From NCBI GenBank assembly GCA_028286365.1, contig JAQBRR010000002.1, positions 42,165-106,164 on the forward strand: DNA of 64,000 nucleotides. Reading direction: 5' to 3'. This stretch comes from Candidatus Saccharimonadota bacterium. GTDB lineage: Bacteria; Patescibacteriota; Saccharimonadia; Saccharimonadales; Saccharimonadaceae. The notes below the pieces were generated by a model. The model was given only the letters and a program-made list of their open reading frames with translations. It ran no database searches and was not told where the DNA came from. Below are positions 44,721-54,553 of this stretch, piece after piece; position 1 is the first letter of the stretch; every line of letters begins with the position of its first letter. Both the position numbers and the translations under genes were made by a program.

Positions 44721-45746
44721 ATGGACATAACTCATTTAACGCACGGACTGACGAACACTTTTATACTGAGTTTAGCTGCATTTTTACTTGCGATGTTTTT
44801 GACACCTGTTTACACGTTTGTAGCGTATCGTTATAAGTTTTGGAAAAAGCAACGAACAAATAGTACAACTGGTGAGGCCCTGACTGTTTTCAATAAATTG
44901 CACGCTAATAAGTTTACTCGTAATATTCCAACGATGGCAGGACTAATCTTTGTGATTGCGATTACCGTTGTTACGTTGTTCAACCTCGATAGGGGACAGA
45001 CTTGGTTGCCGTTAGCGGCTCTTATTGGCGGTGGACTTGTCGGGTTACTTGATGACGTTATCAATATTCGTGGATCTGGTAAGGGTGTTGCAGGACTTCG
45101 CTCAAACATAAAGTTTGCAATGATTTCAGTGATTGGTCTCGCACTCGGTTGGTATTTCTTCACCAAGATCGGTGTCGATGTCATACACGTGCCATTTGTT
45201 GGTAATTGGACACTAGGATGGTTAATCGTTCCGCTATTCGCATTTGTCATCGTAGCAACTGGTAACGCCGTAAATATTAGCGACGGTCTTGATGGGCTAG
45301 CTGGTGGCCTTGTATCGATTAGTTACGGTGCATTTGGTATCATCGCATTACTACAGGGACAGTTCGTTTTGGCAGGCTTCTGCTTTACGGTTGTCGGTGC
45401 CTTACTAAGCTATCTATGGTTCAATATCTTCCCGGCAAGATTCTTTATGGGTGATGTTGGTAGTTTTGCGCTCGGAACGTCACTTGGGGTTGTCGCAATT
45501 CTGACAAATACATTATTACTACTACCAGTGATCGGTCTGATGTTTGTCATCGAGGCTGGCTCGAGTTTGATTCAAATCTTTAGTAAAAAAGTTTTCAAAC
45601 GAAAAATATTTATTTCAGCTCCGATTCACCATCATCTAGAAGCAAGTGGTTGGCCTGAAACCAAGGTGACAATGCGTTTTTGGGTTATTGCCTGCGTTAC
45701 GGCCTTTATCGGTGTGTTCATGGCGCTTGCTGGGGGCAACATCTAA
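44721..45746 (+). CDS. mraY: phospho-N-acetylmuramoyl-pentapeptide transferase
   Basis: 341 aa with NA.N..DGLDGLA and FMGD.GS blocks, 10 TM. Confidence 0.95.
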   Translation: MDITHLTHGLTNTFILSLAAFLLAMFLTPVYTFVAYRYKFWKKQRTNSTTGEALTVFNKLHANKFTRNIPTMAGLIFVIAITVVTLFNLDRGQTWLPLAALIGGGLVGLLDDVINIRGSGKGVAGLRSNIKFAMISVIGLALGWYFFTKIGVDVIHVPFVGNWTLGWLIVPLFAFVIVATGNAVNISDGLDGLAGGLVSISYGAFGIIALLQGQFVLAGFCFTVVGALLSYLWFNIFPARFFMGDVGSFALGTSLGVVAILTNTLLLLPVIGLMFVIEAGSSLIQIFSKKVFKRKIFISAPIHHHLEASGWPETKVTMRFWVIACVTAFIGVFMALAGGNI

Positions 45747-45747
45747 G

Positions 45748-47055
45748 ATGAGTCGCGGTGGGCAACAAGCCGCTGCTATCATGGGGTCTCTTGGCGCACC
45801 TATTGCGGCCTTATCTGGCACAGTACGTCGACATAGACCTGACTATATGATTATTCTGTATATGGGGCTTCTCATGCTGATTGGGCTTGTTATGATCTAT
45901 GCGATTGGCCCACAGAGAGCAAACGTTCTGAATAACTCGTACGGGAGTAATTACAGTGACGTATATTTCTTTATTAAACAGGCAATAAGCTTACTATTAT
46001 CGCTTGGTGCTTTTGGGCTTATGGCGGTGCTCCCATATACGTTTATAACAAAACACGGCGGCAAATTGTTAGTCATTGGCTTTGCAAGCTGTGCCTTATT
46101 GGCTGTTGCAGGTTGGATTCATCTGTCGATTGCGCAGTGTACTCTTGGTGCTTGTCGTTGGTTTTATCTGGGAGGACTGGGGACTTTGCAGCCTGCTGAG
46201 ATTTTGAAGTTTGGCGTACTTATATTTGTTGCGGGATTTTTAGGTACCAAGGTAGCTCAACATAAAGTCAACGACGTACATGAGACATTAATTCCTCTCG
46301 CCGTTATTACGGCCCTCGCGATGCTTTTTATTGTTGTTATCGAGAAGGATATGGGTACAGGAATCGCGCTCGCGAGTATTATTATTACCATGCTGATTGT
46401 TGGTGGCATTAGTAAACGAATTGGTATTATCGTCGTCGCTGCCGCCATTGTGGTTGGTATCGGGTTTATCGTCATTGCGCCACATCGAATTGATCGCATC
46501 ACGACATTTTTCCAAGGTGATAACACCTCAACAACAGATGCGGCCAGTTACCAGATCGCTCATGCTAAAATTGCTATTGGAACGGGAGGTTGGACAGGTG
46601 TCGGTATTGGTAATAGCGTACAAGCTTCGGGTTATTTGCCAGAGGCAATTAATGATTCCGTATTCGCAATCATGGGTGAAACGTTTGGATTTCTGGGGCT
46701 AGCCGCTATTTTAGGGCTGTTTGTTGCACTTCTCATGCGACTCCTCAAAGTTATGGATCATTTGATCGATATGCGGCTGAAATTAATCGTTGCTGGCGTC
46801 TTTGGTTGGTTGGGTGCGCATGTTATTCTTAATGTAGCGTCAATGATAGGTATTTTCCCGCTGACCGGTATTACACTGCCACTTCTCAGCTTTGGAGGTA
46901 CCAGTATGATTTTCATTGCAGCAGCGCTGGGTCTAATATTCCAACTATCCAGATACACTGTCCATTCATCAAGATTAAAGGAGGCCACGAATGAAAATTC
47001 TAGCAGTCGGCGGGGGATCGGGCGGCCACGTTACACCGGTCGTGGCAGTTCTTAA
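45748..47055 (+). CDS. ftsW: SEDS-family lipid II flippase/polymerase FtsW
   Basis: Multi-TM FtsW/RodA pattern (QPAE..K, DSVFAI.GE, PLTG..LP..S.GG.S). I prefer the ATG at 45748, right after the mraY stop, over the track start at 45688. Confidence 0.9.
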   Translation: MSRGGQQAAAIMGSLGAPIAALSGTVRRHRPDYMIILYMGLLMLIGLVMIYAIGPQRANVLNNSYGSNYSDVYFFIKQAISLLLSLGAFGLMAVLPYTFITKHGGKLLVIGFASCALLAVAGWIHLSIAQCTLGACRWFYLGGLGTLQPAEILKFGVLIFVAGFLGTKVAQHKVNDVHETLIPLAVITALAMLFIVVIEKDMGTGIALASIIITMLIVGGISKRIGIIVVAAAIVVGIGFIVIAPHRIDRITTFFQGDNTSTTDAASYQIAHAKIAIGTGGWTGVGIGNSVQASGYLPEAINDSVFAIMGETFGFLGLAAILGLFVALLMRLLKVMDHLIDMRLKLIVAGVFGWLGAHVILNVASMIGIFPLTGITLPLLSFGGTSMIFIAAALGLIFQLSRYTVHSSRLKEATNENSSSRRGIGRPRYTGRGSS

Positions 47056-48142
47056 GGAACTTCGCGAAAAAAAGCCGCAAGCTGACATTCGCTTCTGGTG
47101 TGACACAAAGTTTGCTCCTCAGGCACGGTCTCTCATGGAGCACGTTGATCCTGATCTTAGGGTTGATAGTATCGTCTCTGGTAAATTGCGTCGTTATCAC
47201 CACTTGACGATTGTCCGTCAGTTATTGTGGCCACGACTTGTATTACTCAATGTTCGCGACAGCTTTCTGGTGGGACTCGGGTTTTTACAGAGTTTTGCGA
47301 AGCTGATTATCTGGAGACCGGATGTTGTTTTTACTAAGGGCGGATACGTCTGTCTGCCGGTGGGGCTTGCCGCAAAGATCCTCGGTATTCCACTTGTCAT
47401 CCATGACTCTGATGCTCATCCAGGACTCACTAATCGTATTCTTTCAAAGTGGGCAGCAGCTATTGCAACTGGCGCACCTCTAGAATATTACGACTATCCA
47501 AAGGATCGTTCGCGTTATATCGGAATCCCAATTGCATCTGATTTTCACCCCTTTTCGACTCATGAACGCACGGTTGCACGTCAAGAATGGGAGGTTAATC
47601 TCGATGATCCACTGATCGTCATCACTGGTGGAGGACTAGGTGCACAGCGGATTAATGATGCGGTCGTTGAAGTACTTCCTAAACTATTAGAACTTGGTTC
47701 GGTCGTATTAGTTGCTGGTAGTGCGCAGTATGATGAGTTGACTGCTCTAACGCCTCCAAACAGTACTCATTTTCAGCTGCATCCATTTATTTCAGTCGGT
47801 ATGGCCTCTTTACTCGGTGGTGCAGACGTTGTCATCACAAGGGCTGGGGCGACCACTATATTAGAGTTAGCGGCACTTGCAAAACCAACTATCTTAATAC
47901 CAAACGGCAAATTAACGGGTGGCCACCAGCTTAAGAATGCTCAGGTATATCTCGATGCTAAGGCCGTAGAGATAGTCGATGAAGATGAGATGGTGGGGGA
48001 TAGTAAGGTCTTGGTTCGAACGGTTAAGGAATTACTAGGTGATACATTAAAAGCATCAAATCTATCAAAGAATTTATCTGAATTTGCTCGTCCCCACGCA
48101 GCGGCGGATATGGCTGACATGATTATTGGTATGGTTAGGTAA
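46991..48142 (+). CDS. murG: UDP-GlcNAc--undecaprenyl-PP-MurNAc-pentapeptide GlcNAc transferase
   Basis: GGGSGGHV.P N-terminus and ITRAGATT..E. SD AAGGAGG. Overlaps the ftsW tail by 65 nt. Confidence 0.93.
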   Translation: MKILAVGGGSGGHVTPVVAVLKELREKKPQADIRFWCDTKFAPQARSLMEHVDPDLRVDSIVSGKLRRYHHLTIVRQLLWPRLVLLNVRDSFLVGLGFLQSFAKLIIWRPDVVFTKGGYVCLPVGLAAKILGIPLVIHDSDAHPGLTNRILSKWAAAIATGAPLEYYDYPKDRSRYIGIPIASDFHPFSTHERTVARQEWEVNLDDPLIVITGGGLGAQRINDAVVEVLPKLLELGSVVLVAGSAQYDELTALTPPNSTHFQLHPFISVGMASLLGGADVVITRAGATTILELAALAKPTILIPNGKLTGGHQLKNAQVYLDAKAVEIVDEDEMVGDSKVLVRTVKELLGDTLKASNLSKNLSEFARPHAAADMADMIIGMVR

Positions 48143-48151
48143 ATACATACG

Positions 48152-49096
48152 GTGGGAATCTTTAATAAAAAAACAAATGATCATCTACCTGGTCGGCGAA
48201 GAATGTCCGATACTGAACGACGTAGGCCAGGCGATACAAACGATAGGCAGTATATCTTTGCTCGTAACCGTACACTGACTGGTAGTACCTCTTCGCGACT
48301 GAGCGATGTCGGTCACTCCTCTGATCTGCAGTCGCCTCGCAAGACTGCCCATCATTTGGCACAGAGGCGTCGCAAGATTGGTATGGTTTTTCTCGTTGTT
48401 CTGGGAATTGTCGCTGTATTATTTATACTGCTACTGCAATTTACTGCTGTTGTCACGGTTAGCGTATCTGATACGTCATTATCGAAAAAGCTCAACGAGT
48501 CAGCTTATGAGAAAGCAATCAACGACTATTTTGGTATTCATCCACTGAGTCGACTACGGTTTGCGCTCGATAAAACGGATCTAAAGAATTATTTGGTCAA
48601 TGTAGTACCAGAAGTTGCTGACGTGGTTGACGTGTCTCTTGGTGCAATCGGTGAAACGAACGTGACGCTCAGTATGCGTCATCCTGTTGCTGGCTGGACA
48701 ATTAATTCTAAGCAGTACTTTGTCGATGCCAATGGTGTTGCCTTTGAACAAAACTACTTTGCAGATCCTTCAGTACAAATTGTTGATGACAGTGGTGTTG
48801 CGCTTCAACAGGGTACAACCGTGGCGAGCAACCGCTTTCTCGGCTTTGTTGGTCGTATCGTGTCTCTATCAAAGGATAGGGGATATAACGTTGTTCAGGC
48901 TATTATTCCGAGCGGTACGACCAGACAGCTCGAAGTGGTCATTCAGGGAGTTGTTCCGCATGTAAAATTATCTATTGATAGGCCAGCAGGGGAGCAGGTA
49001 GAGGATATGGATAGAGCACTGATATATCTAAGAGCGCACGGGCAGTCACCTAGTTACGTCGATGTGCGCGTCAGCGGCAAAGCGTACTATAAATAG
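48152..49096 (+). CDS. ftsQ: FtsQ/DivIB-like cell division protein
   Basis: 314 aa with a basic cytoplasmic head, one TM and a POTRA-like ectodomain. Last gene of the dcw run. GTG start is uncertain. Confidence 0.7.
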   Translation: MGIFNKKTNDHLPGRRRMSDTERRRPGDTNDRQYIFARNRTLTGSTSSRLSDVGHSSDLQSPRKTAHHLAQRRRKIGMVFLVVLGIVAVLFILLLQFTAVVTVSVSDTSLSKKLNESAYEKAINDYFGIHPLSRLRFALDKTDLKNYLVNVVPEVADVVDVSLGAIGETNVTLSMRHPVAGWTINSKQYFVDANGVAFEQNYFADPSVQIVDDSGVALQQGTTVASNRFLGFVGRIVSLSKDRGYNVVQAIIPSGTTRQLEVVIQGVVPHVKLSIDRPAGEQVEDMDRALIYLRAHGQSPSYVDVRVSGKAYYK

Positions 49097-49757
49097 TAGT
49101 GCTACTCCCTGGGGACTACTCTCCCTCACTTTCAATGTTCTAATTATGTTCTATTTAATTATAATATGCCGACTATACAAAAAAACATATTATAATATTC
49201 AAATAACAAAAAAGCAAATAAGTCAAAAAAACAGGTGAGCGGGGTAGTGCTGAAATGTTTTCACGAAAAAGCAAATGCCATGGGTATTGTGGATAAGTAC
49301 GAGGACCCATAGTGTATGGTCGTAGCATATATGACAATATATACATAACGTAGGTATGATTAAACATACAACGAAAACAATTTAACGGAGCTAGTATGTA
49401 TTTGTACGCAGACATAACACAACTACTACGTTCGTAGGGGTAATGGCTCAATTTTACCTATAAGTAAGACGCATGTGTACTCATCTATTATACTTATATC
49501 TAATGTCGTGAAAGATATATTGTGCGACACATAGTCTATATACATCATGAGCACACTATTACTATGATTCTGTACGTTTTAATTCTCATTACTCACTTTT
49601 TCGTTTTGCTTTTATATACTTCCCTGCATACACAACATAAATTTATTGTCCTACGTCGTGTATGGTTGTTTGTATATGGTATTCAATATCTTTTATAGTT
49701 AAATTTAAGTGTTCTAAATATGTTCTATATTCGCTCACTATAGAACGATAGCTAAAA

Positions 49758-51728
49758 CTAGTAGACTACGACTGCTTGATCATAGGCATCAAGATTGATA
49801 CTGTTTGTAACCTGAGCTGCTGTCCAGTAACTGCTTCCGTCGATTGGATCACTGACCCAGAACCCAATTGGATTACTTGGTTCGCCCTTAAATCCAGTTA
49901 CAACGCGCGCGTGGCTTGTCAGATTCATACGCTCAATTCTACCTGATGGCGTCTGCCAGCTTGTAAATGATGTATTTGAATACGCACCAAAGAATATGAC
50001 GGGATTGCCATTATAGAGTTGCTGCGCGATCCAGCTGACGTTGCTATCAGTTACTGCGGTTGCACTACGACCGAATGCAATTGCGGCCTTTGCAACTGGC
50101 TGCGCGTCAGGTCCAGCACCTGTGCCAGCACCTATGGTACCGTTAACTGAGCCAACAAACATTTGCTGCGGATCATCCCACGTCGGTGGATTAGTTGTTT
50201 TGTTTTCAACCGTTGGGTTATACCCCATCTGATTGATGATTGCCATGTCGTCAGTCGTAATGCCACGATACGCGAGAACCATTCGTAGAGATGCTGCAGC
50301 GCAAGTTGCGGCGTATTGTTGGTTATAATACGGTATATTGAGTCGTACAACACGAATCTCAGTTGTAAATGACGAGCTGAACGACTTTGTGCTCGGTAGT
50401 CCAAAGCCTGAGTTTAGAATACCTGGTGTGAGCGTCGCAGTGACAGTCTGTTGGTATCCGAGATCAGTTACGGTGGCAATAAAGGTATTCCCCTGCCAGG
50501 ATGATCCGGTAACCTTGCCTGATGAAATTGCAAAATGGCTTAGGACAGACGCGTGATCAACCGCCTGATCAAATGTGAAGCTAACTTGCTCGCTTGCCTG
50601 CGGGAGGAGGCTTCCGTGTGGTGACGAATCCGTGATTGTCACTGGACCTGTCGTTGAAAATGTTGCTGATTGATCTGCTGCAAGAATTCCCCCACTTTGG
50701 CTACGTAGCCCAGCACCGAGCGTATATGTGTAGGTCTGCCCTGCTGCTACTGCATCCGGTGTAAATGCATAGACTGTGTTACTTTGCCAACTCCCCTGCC
50801 CCGGCGTACTAAACGTAATATATTTGCTCGAAAGAGGATCCATCGGTTGGTTAAAGGTAATTGTTGCTATGTCTTTATTGCTAAAATAGTCTTTTTTAAC
50901 GGGGGTCGTCATCTCTGGCTCAGGGGCAATTTTGAGGGTTTTGGTTGCCAGTACAACATCGTTTTTGGCATCATATACTTGTACTGATACGGTGGTTCCC
51001 TGAGGGAGCAACTTGGTCGGTTTCCAGGTGAACTTCGTATCGTTCTCGACAGTTTGTGCCATAGGGATATCAGGGTTTGTGCGCAGCTCAAGTGTACGTA
51101 GCTGTTTGTTTGGCGCCGCTAGCTCTACAGTAAACGCGTAATCCGCAGCAACCGTGCTATCACTCTTAACACTATCGATACCAGAGTTCGCGAGGCTCGG
51201 CGCCTTTTCGGTTGTAAATGCAATGTTACTGATTGAAGCATCGCCAATCAGTAGACGTTTAGCATTAGGAACAGTGACTTTATATGTCGTACTTACTCTA
51301 AAGTACGTTTTTGGTGTAAAAATAATCTCATCGTGGTTAAAAAAGTTGCCACTTTTGAAACTCCATGAACCGTCAACAGCTGGGGAAATCTTGATTTCGT
51401 TTACAGCTACAGGCCGTACCGTTTCGTTGAACTCTATTATGAACGGCTTGTTTACTATCTGATTAGATCTTGTGTAAATGGGGGTAATCGCAAGACTTGT
51501 CTTGAGGAAAAAGAAAGACATCAACGCAATAGCAACGATGACGCTACTTGTTATTATAATGCGCCGTTTAGTCCAGGGGCCTTTTAAAATACTTAGGAAA
51601 ATTGCTAAATTTGAAGGGTTTGATGTAGGAGTATTAAACAGAACCTCAGACGGACTAGAGTCTATCAAAGTTGTTTTTGCGCTATCTTGCGACAGCTGAC
51701 TGTTTGTATTCTCGCCCAATCCATCCAT
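49758..51728 (-). CDS. membrane-anchored surface protein with Ig-like repeats and a C-terminal peptidase C39-like domain
   Basis: 656 aa with an N-terminal TM and repeated beta-rich modules. The C-terminus (LNIPYYNQQYAATCAAASLRMVLAY ... SHARVVTG) resembles C39-like cysteine peptidases. Confidence 0.7.
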   Translation of the reverse strand: MDGLGENTNSQLSQDSAKTTLIDSSPSEVLFNTPTSNPSNLAIFLSILKGPWTKRRIIITSSVIVAIALMSFFFLKTSLAITPIYTRSNQIVNKPFIIEFNETVRPVAVNEIKISPAVDGSWSFKSGNFFNHDEIIFTPKTYFRVSTTYKVTVPNAKRLLIGDASISNIAFTTEKAPSLANSGIDSVKSDSTVAADYAFTVELAAPNKQLRTLELRTNPDIPMAQTVENDTKFTWKPTKLLPQGTTVSVQVYDAKNDVVLATKTLKIAPEPEMTTPVKKDYFSNKDIATITFNQPMDPLSSKYITFSTPGQGSWQSNTVYAFTPDAVAAGQTYTYTLGAGLRSQSGGILAADQSATFSTTGPVTITDSSPHGSLLPQASEQVSFTFDQAVDHASVLSHFAISSGKVTGSSWQGNTFIATVTDLGYQQTVTATLTPGILNSGFGLPSTKSFSSSFTTEIRVVRLNIPYYNQQYAATCAAASLRMVLAYRGITTDDMAIINQMGYNPTVENKTTNPPTWDDPQQMFVGSVNGTIGAGTGAGPDAQPVAKAAIAFGRSATAVTDSNVSWIAQQLYNGNPVIFFGAYSNTSFTSWQTPSGRIERMNLTSHARVVTGFKGEPSNPIGFWVSDPIDGSSYWTAAQVTNSINLDAYDQAVVVY

Positions 51729-51839
51729 GGCAGTATGGAATCATTCCTCAACGTAGCTCAAAAATGTTTATTTTGTAACTGATACAACCGTATCATACCA
51801 TAAGCAAGAACATTACGCTACGATCTCGACTAAGCCTAT

Positions 51840-54491
51840 TTAACGGAGGTTAATTTCCTCAGGATGTTCTGTATTACTTGAGGGTTGTTCATTTAGAGCC
51901 GTGGCCGTTTTCTTACGACGAGTACGAGTACGTTTGCGCTTTGCCGGTGCAGGAATTTCGGTACTCACCTGCTCTTGTCTAGTTGCGCCTTGTAAGACGA
52001 TACCAGCTGATTGTGCTAGCGCATCAATTGGCCACTTCTTGGCCTGCGCTTGGGACTGAGGCGCTTTTTGCTGGACTGTAGGTGGCTGAATGGCTGCTGC
52101 AATTTCTTGCTCTACCTCGGCGCGAGGACGACTGTAATTACGACGAGTATTTTCAATAATATGACCAGTGTTGTCAATTTGTGGCAGCGGGAGCGTCAAG
52201 GTTGTGGCACTAAAGGCAGGAGCTTTCTCGCCACTAATCACCATGTTGATAATAAAGTGACGGTTATGCATCTGCAATAGATCAGTTGCTTCGAACTGTG
52301 GCTCGAACTGCTTAGACAAAATTGGCGCATCATCGGCCGACACACGGAATGAAATCATAGTACCAACGTTACCAAAGACAGCATCTCGTACTGTTTCGTT
52401 CATTTGTGAGATGTATTGGTTAGCAACGGTAAGGTTCAATCCGTATTTACGAGCCTCAGATAGGATTGTTGCGAATGAATCAGTGGCAAAGTTCTGGAAC
52501 TCATCGACGTATAGATAGAATGGGCGCCTATCTTCAACGCGCTCAATATCGCTGCGACTCATCGAGGCTAGCTGAATCTTAGTGACCATAAAGGCCCCGA
52601 GGATTGCGGCATTATCCTCACCGATTAAGCCTTTTGATAGATTGACGATTAGGATCTTACCCTCATCCATAATTTTACGAATATTGAAGGTACTTTTCGG
52701 TTGGCCAATAATGTTACGGATAATTGGATTCGCGGTAAAGGCGCCTACCTTGTTAAGAACTGGAGCAATGGCCTCAGACACAAATTTGTCGTTCCAGCTC
52801 GCAAATTCAACGTTCCAGAAGTTTAGGACGACGCTGTCTTTACAATAATCAAGCGTTTCTTTACGAAACTTTTTATCAGTAAGCATACGTGTAATATCGA
52901 GCATAGTCGTCGTTGGACGGTCAAGTAGTGCCAGGATTGTATAGCGCAAAATGTACTCGAGTCGCGGTCCCCAGCTTTCGCCAAACATGCGCTTTAAGAC
53001 GCCAATAACTTCTGAGCTAATGTTTGTCTTTTGGGTTGGGTCGGTTACTTCGAGGGGGTTAAAGCCGAGTGGATAGGCTGTGTCGGCTGGGTTAAAGTAC
53101 ACCACATCCTCCAGGCGACTGCCTGGGATGAAGCGCATATTATTAACAGCAAAGTCTCCGTGCGGGTCGATGATAGCATAGCCATGACCATGGAAGATAT
53201 CACTGAGCGCTAACAATTCGAGCGTACCTGACTTCCCTGCTCCAGTTTGTCCGATAATGTATACATGCCTTGACCTGTCAGAGCGCAGCATTCCAAATTG
53301 ATGGTTGATACCACGGAAGTTAGTCAGGCCAAAGGCACTGATATTTTCATCAATGGCAGAATTACCAGTAATGATTGGAAGCTTAGCTGGTGGTTCAGCA
53401 GTCTTACTGCTCGCCCACACGATATTCGGTGTTTCAACATTTGTGTGCGGTAAGTGAAAGACACTCGCCAGCTCTTCAATATTGAGGATAAAACCCCGAT
53501 CATTAAATGAGCGAGCACGGTAGCGAACTAACTCTTCTTTTTTGAAGCTAGCGCCAGATACCTTGAAGCCATTTAAATTGGTGCTATTAAATTGCTTGAA
53601 GGTACCAACAATTGCCTGCATGCGGAGACGGGCGTTTGTTGTGTCATCACCGAGATATGCGAGGCGGATTTTAACCTCGTAACCGAGCTTGGTCGCTTTG
53701 GTTGTAGCCTCACTGATGCGCGTCTTGTTACGGTCTGATAACTCAGGTGCTGATGATCCACCCTTACCCTCGACAGGTGGCTTCCAGAGTGCTTCAAAAA
53801 GCCCAACGAACCAGGATAAATTGAACTCTTCCCTACCGGCAGCAGATGCTTTACCGCGTTTGACATCTGCGATCCATCGATCAGATCGGCGATGCCACTC
53901 GTCAGTAATTGGTCGAACCAAGATTTGGATCCAGACTTCCTCGCCGCTCGTCTCTAATTTAGCGAGGGTTCCCGTGATACCAGCAAGTGGGTCTACCTCG
54001 AAACTCTGGAATGTCTTGATTGGTAGCATTTCGCTTTCAGTAAGAGTTATTTCAGAAGTGTAGACAACACTGTGCTCTCTTTCGTGAGTCACATAATCTT
54101 CCTCGGCCTCGTGAATTTGAACGGTCGGATACTGCGAATAGATCTGCCCTTCGACAAAACTTCGTAACGTCCTAGGTACCCATGCGTAGAATCGAATCTG
54201 GCCATTAACAGAGGCAATCTCGAAACTCAAATGCTCTTGGATGCCGTTATTGAGGCGTAGTTCAGCCTTATCGCGAAAAATACCATGGAGGCTGGCAAAT
54301 AATTGTTCAGCGGCGAGTTCTTTCTTGTCGTTAGCTTTCGGTATCTCGAGGATCAGTAGGTCACTCTCGACAGACTTTGCGACGTCAACTCGTCGATAAT
54401 TTCGATACGTCAGATACGCTAGTATTAATACAACTGGCACCCAAACGTACCATTGTAATAAAAGGTTGATGATGGTCAAGATAAAACCCAT
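51840..54491 (-). CDS. TM-anchored TraD/VirD4-like (type IV coupling-protein-like) P-loop ATPase
   Basis: 883 aa with an N-terminal TM, Walker A GQTGAGKSG and Walker B FYLYVDEFQNF. Basic C-terminal tail. Confidence 0.7.
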   Translation of the reverse strand: MGFILTIINLLLQWYVWVPVVLILAYLTYRNYRRVDVAKSVESDLLILEIPKANDKKELAAEQLFASLHGIFRDKAELRLNNGIQEHLSFEIASVNGQIRFYAWVPRTLRSFVEGQIYSQYPTVQIHEAEEDYVTHEREHSVVYTSEITLTESEMLPIKTFQSFEVDPLAGITGTLAKLETSGEEVWIQILVRPITDEWHRRSDRWIADVKRGKASAAGREEFNLSWFVGLFEALWKPPVEGKGGSSAPELSDRNKTRISEATTKATKLGYEVKIRLAYLGDDTTNARLRMQAIVGTFKQFNSTNLNGFKVSGASFKKEELVRYRARSFNDRGFILNIEELASVFHLPHTNVETPNIVWASSKTAEPPAKLPIITGNSAIDENISAFGLTNFRGINHQFGMLRSDRSRHVYIIGQTGAGKSGTLELLALSDIFHGHGYAIIDPHGDFAVNNMRFIPGSRLEDVVYFNPADTAYPLGFNPLEVTDPTQKTNISSEVIGVLKRMFGESWGPRLEYILRYTILALLDRPTTTMLDITRMLTDKKFRKETLDYCKDSVVLNFWNVEFASWNDKFVSEAIAPVLNKVGAFTANPIIRNIIGQPKSTFNIRKIMDEGKILIVNLSKGLIGEDNAAILGAFMVTKIQLASMSRSDIERVEDRRPFYLYVDEFQNFATDSFATILSEARKYGLNLTVANQYISQMNETVRDAVFGNVGTMISFRVSADDAPILSKQFEPQFEATDLLQMHNRHFIINMVISGEKAPAFSATTLTLPLPQIDNTGHIIENTRRNYSRPRAEVEQEIAAAIQPPTVQQKAPQSQAQAKKWPIDALAQSAGIVLQGATRQEQVSTEIPAPAKRKRTRTRRKKTATALNEQPSSNTEHPEEINLR

Positions 54492-54553
54492 TTACACCTC
54501 TATTGTCTCACCTTGAGAAGAACTTGGCAACGCTTCAAAATGAAGCGTGTCGG

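Noticed and set aside
49288-49296. Perfect DnaA boxes at 49288-49296 and 40639-47, considered as evidence for oriC.
   Set aside because: Two isolated 9-mers in 64 kb are only modestly above chance (about 0.5 expected). There is no box cluster, no adjacent dnaA or dnaN, and genes converge on the gap rather than diverge from it, which fits a terminus and not an origin.
49341-49365. A possible XerC/D dif site, ATACATAA-CGTAGG-TATGATTAAAC, plus TTATGTTCTAT at 49144-49154.
   Set aside because: These are only partial resemblances to the CATAA-N6-TTATGTTAAAT core. One needs a 1-nt indel in the XerD arm, and the other lacks any inverted left arm. Neither is convincing enough to call.
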